From Thermoproteota archaeon (GTDB lineage Archaea; Thermoproteota; EX4484-205; JAAOZP01), in NCBI GenBank assembly GCA_049700215.1, contig JBNAVT010000007.1, positions 54,172 to 73,921 on the forward strand: DNA of 19,750 nucleotides, given 5' to 3'. The notes beneath the pieces were generated by a model, which did not search any database, was not told where the DNA came from, and saw only the letters and a program-made list of their open reading frames with translations. Positions 14,560-19,750 of this stretch are shown one piece after another (positions within the stretch are counted from its first letter, which is position 1; every line of letters starts with the position of its first letter). Position numbers and translations under genes: made by a program.

Positions 14560-15906
14560 TTGAAAACACGGATGAGGATAACGGTAGTAGGCGGCTGCGG
14601 ATCAATGGGGAAGTGGATAGTCAGCCAGCTTCAGCAGGAGGAGGGCATACAGGTGACTGTCGCCGACCCTGATGAGATCGAGGCCTCCAGAATGGTTAAG
14701 ACGATGAGGATTGAGTATGAGAAGGACAATAAGAAGGCTGCTTCAGAATCCGACGTCGTCATAGTCTCCGTGCCCGTTGAGGCAACTCCGAGCGTTATTG
14801 CTGAAGTAGCCCCGTGCATGAAGCAGGGCTCTCTCCTGCTCGACGTCGCCTCGGTTAAGACGGAGGCTGTTTCAGCAATGTTGAAGCACGCTCCCCCGAG
14901 TGTTGAGCTGGTGAGCATACACCCGATGTTCGGACCCAGGGTTAGGAGCGTCAAGGGCCAGGTTGTTATACTCATACCAGTTAGGACGGGGAGATGGTTC
15001 AGCCTGGTTAAGCGTTTCCTGGAGGAGAAGGGGGCTGAGGTTGTTGAGACGACTGTTCAGAACCATGACAGGATGGTCAGCATCGTCCAGGGCCTGACGC
15101 ATTTTGCAAGCATGGTTTTCGCGGGAGTAGTGAGAGACATGAATATCGACTTGAAGCAGACTAGAAGGTTTGCAAGCCCGGTTTACAGCGCTCTCCTCCC
15201 GATCGTCTACAGGGTTATCTGCCAGAACCCTGAGCTGTACGCGCAGCTCCAGGTTCACAACCCGCATGTGCTAGACGTCCAGGAAGCGTTCATCACTCAA
15301 GCAGTCAACCTCTACGTTGAAACAAAGGCTAAGAATGTGAAGGGGATTGTTGAAAACGTGGCTTCCTCCTGCAGGCACTTCGCCTCCACAGAATCCTCCA
15401 CGACTCTCCTCTCAATATCTGACAGAATGGTTTCAACAATGCTGAGGGAGAAGAATATTCTGGAGAGCCTAGTCGGGAGGAGAGTCTGCCTTGAAAACGT
15501 TCAGACGGGGAGGATCCACATCGGGGTTCTCAGAAGCGTCTCAGCCGACAGGATTGAAATAGAGGAGAGCAGGAAGAAGACAGTCAGCCTAAGCCTTTTC
15601 AACGCGATGCTTCTCGACGAGAAGGCTACGATGGAGACTAGGAGAAGCGTCTTCGGCGAGACGAGCCTAGACTTCTCAGTAATACTCCCAACGGGTTTTG
15701 AACAGGAATTCTGCAGAGAGATTCTTGAAAAATTCATGCCTGAAGCCTCCAGGATAGAGGTTCTTGAAACATACGTTGGAGAGCAGATTCCAAGCGGATT
15801 CAAAAGCGTCACCCTGAGAGTCTACTTCCCGAGGGACGAGGACCCGGGGGAGATAAGGGTGAAGACGGAGAGCCTTTTGAAAAGGCTCGGCGGGAAACTG
15901 AGGTGA
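14560..15906 (+). CDS. tyrA: Prephenate dehydrogenase, long archaeal type with C-terminal FDX-ACB-like domain
   Basis: VGGCGSMG, DVASVK, HPMFGP, HDRMVSIVQGLTHF, FASPVY, QNPELYAQLQ; C-terminus DFSV...ETYVGEQIPSGFKSVTLRV...LR. Confidence 0.93.
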   Translation: MKTRMRITVVGGCGSMGKWIVSQLQQEEGIQVTVADPDEIEASRMVKTMRIEYEKDNKKAASESDVVIVSVPVEATPSVIAEVAPCMKQGSLLLDVASVKTEAVSAMLKHAPPSVELVSIHPMFGPRVRSVKGQVVILIPVRTGRWFSLVKRFLEEKGAEVVETTVQNHDRMVSIVQGLTHFASMVFAGVVRDMNIDLKQTRRFASPVYSALLPIVYRVICQNPELYAQLQVHNPHVLDVQEAFITQAVNLYVETKAKNVKGIVENVASSCRHFASTESSTTLLSISDRMVSTMLREKNILESLVGRRVCLENVQTGRIHIGVLRSVSADRIEIEESRKKTVSLSLFNAMLLDEKATMETRRSVFGETSLDFSVILPTGFEQEFCREILEKFMPEASRIEVLETYVGEQIPSGFKSVTLRVYFPRDEDPGEIRVKTESLLKRLGGKLR

Positions 15907-15969
15907 CGCCGCCGGGGCTTCCCAGAGAGTTTTAAAGCCTTAAAAGCTTCAGACACGTGTTTAACCCAA

Positions 15970-18846
15970 ATGTCCGTGCAGAAGAGGAACTATTATGTTC
16001 CGCCGGACGTTAGCAGCCTTGAGATTTACCATGAGGACTGGATAGACTTCAACAAGAACGGTGTTAAAGACCCTTATGAAGACCCGGGCCTGCCTGTTGA
16101 AAAAAGGGTTGAAGACCTTCTCAGCAGGATGACGCTGGAGGAGAAGCTTGCCCAGCTGAGGTCTGGCAGAGAGATGCCGGAGGCGGGTGTAGGCAACTTG
16201 ACGCACGTAACCAGGGGGCTGCCTGCGAAGGAGGGTGCTGAAAAGGCGAACCAGTACCAGGTTAAAGCGGTTGAGAAAACCCGTTTAGGAATACCCGTGG
16301 TTATTCACGACGAGTGTCTACACGGCTGCGTGGCTAAGTTTTCAACAAGCTTCCCCCAGGCGATAGCCCTGGCGGCAACCTGGGACAGGGAGCTCATGTA
16401 CAGGGTTTCGAAGGCGATTGCGAGGGAAACCAGGAGCAGGGGGATCCACCAGTGTCTCTCCCCAGTCGTCAACATCGCGAGGGACGTTAGGGCTGGGAGG
16501 ACTGAGGAAAGCTACGGTGAAGACCCCTTCTTAACCTCGGAAATGGGCTCATTATTCTGCAAGGCTATGTTTGAAGAAGGGGTTATAGCGACTCCGAAGC
16601 ATTTCGCCGCCAACTTCGCGGCGGATGGTGGAAGAGACAGCAACGAGATCCATTTCTCAGAGAGGATTCTCAGAGAAGTCTATTTCCCAGGCTTCAAGGC
16701 ATGCGTTAAGGCTGGCGCGCTCTCCATCATGGCTGCGTACAACTCTCTAGATGGAGTCCCGTGTTCAAGCAGCAGGTGGCTCCTCACCAGTGTTCTCAGA
16801 TACGAATGGGGCTTCCAGGGCTTCGTCGTCTCAGACTACGGCTCCGTCGCAGGAATATTGTTCAACCACCGTGTCGCCGAGACGCTGGAGGAGACTGCTA
16901 AGCAGGCGCTTGAGGCCGGGCTGGACGTTGAGCTTCCAGAGACATACGTGTTCGGAGACCCGCTTGCCAAAGCTGTTGAGAAAAACATGATACCCGTGGA
17001 GGCTTTAGACGAGGCTGTTAGAAGAGTCTTGAGGGCGAAGTTCCTGATAGGGCTTTTCGACAAGCCTTTCACAGACCCTGAGGAGGCTGGGAAACTCTGC
17101 AACTGCGAGCAGCATGTTCAGCTGGCTCTTCAAGCGGCGAGAGAATCCATCGTCCTTCTTAAAAACGAGAACAACACGCTGCCTTTAAACAGGGGGAGGG
17201 TGAGCTCGATAGCTGTCCTCGGGCCTGCTTCAGACAGCGTTAAGCTAGGCGGCTACAGCACTATTCCGCAGTACGTGGTCACGCCTCTTGAAGGCATAAG
17301 GAGGAAAGCCAAGCCTGGGGCAAAGATACACCATGCTAAATGCCCGCCAAGCATAGGCAAGTATGTTCCAGTATCCTCAAGGTTCCTGGCTCCTGGACGA
17401 GGGGGGAAAAGCCGGGGGCTGAGGGGAGAGTACTTCGACAACCCTGGTTTAAACGGGAAACCCGTTTTCAAAAGGATTGACAAGCAGGTTAGTTTCAACT
17501 GGGGAGCAGGCTCGCCTGACCCGAGGCTGCCGCCGGATAATTTTTCAGTCCGGTGGACAGGGGTGTTGATCCCGCCTAAAACTGGTGTTTTCGAAATCTG
17601 TCTGGCTACTGACGACGGAGTAAGGTTCTGGCTGGACGGCAGGCTTCTCATCGACTCTTGGCGCGACAGGGGTGTCACCATGGATACTGTTACAGTCAGG
17701 CTTGAAAAAGGAAAGAAGCATGATGTTAAGATAGAGTACTACGAGCACCTGGGAGACGCGGCTGCGTTCCTCCTCTGGGACTATGTGGACGAGTCCGCCC
17801 CGGAGGTGATGGAGGCCGTAAGGCTGGCGAGGAAATCAGACGTCGCGGTTTTCTTCGCCGAGGTGATCGAGGGAGAGGGGAGGGACAGGGCTGTCCTCAA
17901 CCTGCCGAGGATCCAGGAAATAATGATTGAGAAGATTGTTGAAACAGGGACTCCGACGATAGTCGTCCTGATGACTGGGAGCGCGGTCACGGGAGAATGG
18001 ATTAAAAAGGTGAACGCGCTGGTTCAAGCATGGTACCCGGGCCAGGAGGGTGGGAACGCTATCGCCGAGGTCCTCTTTGGAGACTATAATCCCGCGGGAA
18101 GGCTCCCGTTCACCTGGCCGGTTTACGTGGGGCAGCTGCCGCTCTACTACAATTATAAGCCGACGGGCAGGGGCTACGACTATGTCGACATGACTGGGAA
18201 ACCGCTCTTCCCGTTTGGACACGGCTTAAGCTACACGAGGTTCGAATACAGCAACATAAGGGTTGACTCGCGGGGCGAGGAGGGGCCGTTTGAAATAAGC
18301 CTCGACGTTACGAATGTTGGTGAGATAGAGGGGGACGAGGTTGTCCAGCTTTACGTTCAGGATCCTGTGGCGAGCGTCGCCAGACCGGTTAAGGAGCTTA
18401 AAGGGTTCCAGAGGGTAAGGCTGAAACCCGGGGAAACCAGGAGAATAGTCTTCAACCTGACTGCAGACGACCTCGCCCTCCTGGATGAGAACATGAGGAG
18501 GATTGTTGAACCCGGGGAGTTTAGAATAATGGTTGGAGCCTCCTCCGGGGACATTAGGCTTCAAACATCCCTCAACGTTGAGAGGAAGATTGTGGCGAAG
18601 ATTGAACACGAGTTTAAAACCGACAGGGGGAGCGTTGCGCCAGGCGAACCATTCACGCTGAAGATTAGGCTCAGGAACAACGGGCCTATTTCAGACATCG
18701 TCCCGCTCGGAATACTGTTCGACGACACTGGTCTGCGCAATATACGCGTCGACCTAGCCCCGGGTGAAACACGTGAAGCATGCTTCAGAATCCATCCCGG
18801 GGGCTCAGCCAGAATGCTTCCGGCTGCTGAAGCGCTCAGCGTTTAA
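15970..18846 (+). CDS. GH3 beta-glucosidase/beta-xylosidase with PA14 insertion, Fn3-like and CARDB-like C-terminal domains
   Basis: [30 protein letters not shown] nucleophile, VLLKNE, PA14 (GLRGEYF...FSVRWTG...DDGVR...IEYYE), [22 protein letters not shown]...RPVKELKGF; no signal peptide evident. Confidence 0.96.
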   Translation: MSVQKRNYYVPPDVSSLEIYHEDWIDFNKNGVKDPYEDPGLPVEKRVEDLLSRMTLEEKLAQLRSGREMPEAGVGNLTHVTRGLPAKEGAEKANQYQVKAVEKTRLGIPVVIHDECLHGCVAKFSTSFPQAIALAATWDRELMYRVSKAIARETRSRGIHQCLSPVVNIARDVRAGRTEESYGEDPFLTSEMGSLFCKAMFEEGVIATPKHFAANFAADGGRDSNEIHFSERILREVYFPGFKACVKAGALSIMAAYNSLDGVPCSSSRWLLTSVLRYEWGFQGFVVSDYGSVAGILFNHRVAETLEETAKQALEAGLDVELPETYVFGDPLAKAVEKNMIPVEALDEAVRRVLRAKFLIGLFDKPFTDPEEAGKLCNCEQHVQLALQAARESIVLLKNENNTLPLNRGRVSSIAVLGPASDSVKLGGYSTIPQYVVTPLEGIRRKAKPGAKIHHAKCPPSIGKYVPVSSRFLAPGRGGKSRGLRGEYFDNPGLNGKPVFKRIDKQVSFNWGAGSPDPRLPPDNFSVRWTGVLIPPKTGVFEICLATDDGVRFWLDGRLLIDSWRDRGVTMDTVTVRLEKGKKHDVKIEYYEHLGDAAAFLLWDYVDESAPEVMEAVRLARKSDVAVFFAEVIEGEGRDRAVLNLPRIQEIMIEKIVETGTPTIVVLMTGSAVTGEWIKKVNALVQAWYPGQEGGNAIAEVLFGDYNPAGRLPFTWPVYVGQLPLYYNYKPTGRGYDYVDMTGKPLFPFGHGLSYTRFEYSNIRVDSRGEEGPFEISLDVTNVGEIEGDEVVQLYVQDPVASVARPVKELKGFQRVRLKPGETRRIVFNLTADDLALLDENMRRIVEPGEFRIMVGASSGDIRLQTSLNVERKIVAKIEHEFKTDRGSVAPGEPFTLKIRLRNNGPISDIVPLGILFDDTGLRNIRVDLAPGETREACFRIHPGGSARMLPAAEALSV

Positions 18847-19631
18847 CTCTGCATGATTAGAGATTTGAAGAACTCAGCGGCCTCCCTGAATAGAACACGC
18901 TTGTCGAAATCCATCGTCGCCACGTGGCCGGAGTTCTCAAGCCACAGGACCCGTTTAACGCTCGACGAGACGCCCCTGTAAATGTAGTCAGCATTACCCG
19001 GGGGGACAACCCTGTCCCTCCTAGCCTGAGCTATGAGAATAGGCTGCTTAACCATGCTCAGCCCCTCACGGGTCTCCCTTATCAGCTCAAGCAGCTCAGC
19101 CACGCATGGAAGCGGAATCCTGTCGTAACGCCTCCCGTGCTCCCTCGCCACAGGATTGTCGAGAACGCTCTTGTCAAGAATATCGCTCAGGTTCTCCGAG
19201 TAGTAGCTCGTAAACCTTTTCACAACCGGCAGCAGGAAGTGCAGCCTCCAGTCAGACAAGTATACTGGCCCGCAAACCGGCAGGAGCCCCCTTACCTCAG
19301 GATGCTTCTCGCCGAGGAGCAGTGTCAACGTGCCGCCCATTGAGAGGCCTGAGACGAAAACGTTCTCAGCCCCCTCGTCCTGGAGAAGCCTCAAACCCTC
19401 CTCCGCGCCCCTAACCCAGTCGGCACGCCCAGTCTTAATCATCTCCTCCTTGCAAGAGCCGTGCCCCGGGAGAAGAGGCGCGTAAACCCTGAAGCCCCTG
19501 CTCGCAAGATACTCCCCGTACTCCCTCATCTCGTAGGGCAGCCCGGTGAAGCCGTGGATCAGGAGGACAGCGTTCCCGCCGCGGCCCAGGAGAAAAGGCT
19601 TAGCAGCCTCCGAGTACTCGTGCAACTCCAT
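18843..19631 (-). CDS. Alpha/beta-hydrolase carboxylesterase/monoacylglycerol lipase (Est/YvaK-like)
   Basis: LLIHGFTG, LPGHG, GLSMGG nucleophile elbow, D..V, SGH; ATG 19631 preferred over 19715 because a TATA-like CTTAAAT lies about 30 nt upstream. Confidence 0.93.
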   Translation of the reverse strand: MELHEYSEAAKPFLLGRGGNAVLLIHGFTGLPYEMREYGEYLASRGFRVYAPLLPGHGSCKEEMIKTGRADWVRGAEEGLRLLQDEGAENVFVSGLSMGGTLTLLLGEKHPEVRGLLPVCGPVYLSDWRLHFLLPVVKRFTSYYSENLSDILDKSVLDNPVAREHGRRYDRIPLPCVAELLELIRETREGLSMVKQPILIAQARRDRVVPPGNADYIYRGVSSSVKRVLWLENSGHVATMDFDKRVLFREAAEFFKSLIMQS

Positions 19632-19750
19632 CGCATTGTTAAGCCTTGAACAGAGGGATTTAAGCCCTTTCCCGGCGCCCCGCTGCCAACGGCTGGAGGA
19701 AGCGGGGGCGAGCATTGTAGGCCTTCCCCCACGAGGGTAAGAAATATATT

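Noticed and set aside
19632-19715. N-terminal 28-aa extension of the esterase ORF
   Set aside because: Overlaps the probable promoter; family-like sequence begins at ATG 19631.
1-19750. CRISPR array, tRNA/rRNA, transposase or integrase genes
   Set aside because: No regularly spaced repeats, cloverleaf or recombinase motifs were recognised by eye.

Overview
Archaeal-style chromosomal window (TATA-box promoters, mostly leaderless starts; a thermophilic Thermoproteota/TACK-like origin is inference). From about 3.4 kb onward it is ordinary, densely packed metabolism. It holds the DUF39-CBS / NIL-ferredoxin / UPF0280 homocysteine (sulfide-assimilation) cluster, an ABC exporter fused to DUF1854, a ThiF/MoeB E1-like enzyme, pncB and pncA, an aldo/keto reductase, a GlmU-like protein, an aKMT-like methyltransferase, a long TyrA, a GH3-PA14 glycosidase and a carboxylesterase. 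The first 3.3 kb is a rearranged patch. It has two diverged copies of a [D-2-hydroxyacid dehydrogenase + FUN14 membrane protein] unit that decayed reciprocally around a vapBC module, plus a truncated, frameshifted repeat-protein gene. The strongest unexplained signal is that all five large truncation/deletion breakpoints I could map there carry an alternating (GC)3-4 palindrome, twice as the identical 12-mer TAGCGCGCGCTA. I found the 8-mer GCGCGCGC nowhere else in the window. This suggests a sequence-specific deletion/end-joining footprint. No tRNA, rRNA, CRISPR array, transposase or integrase was recognised.
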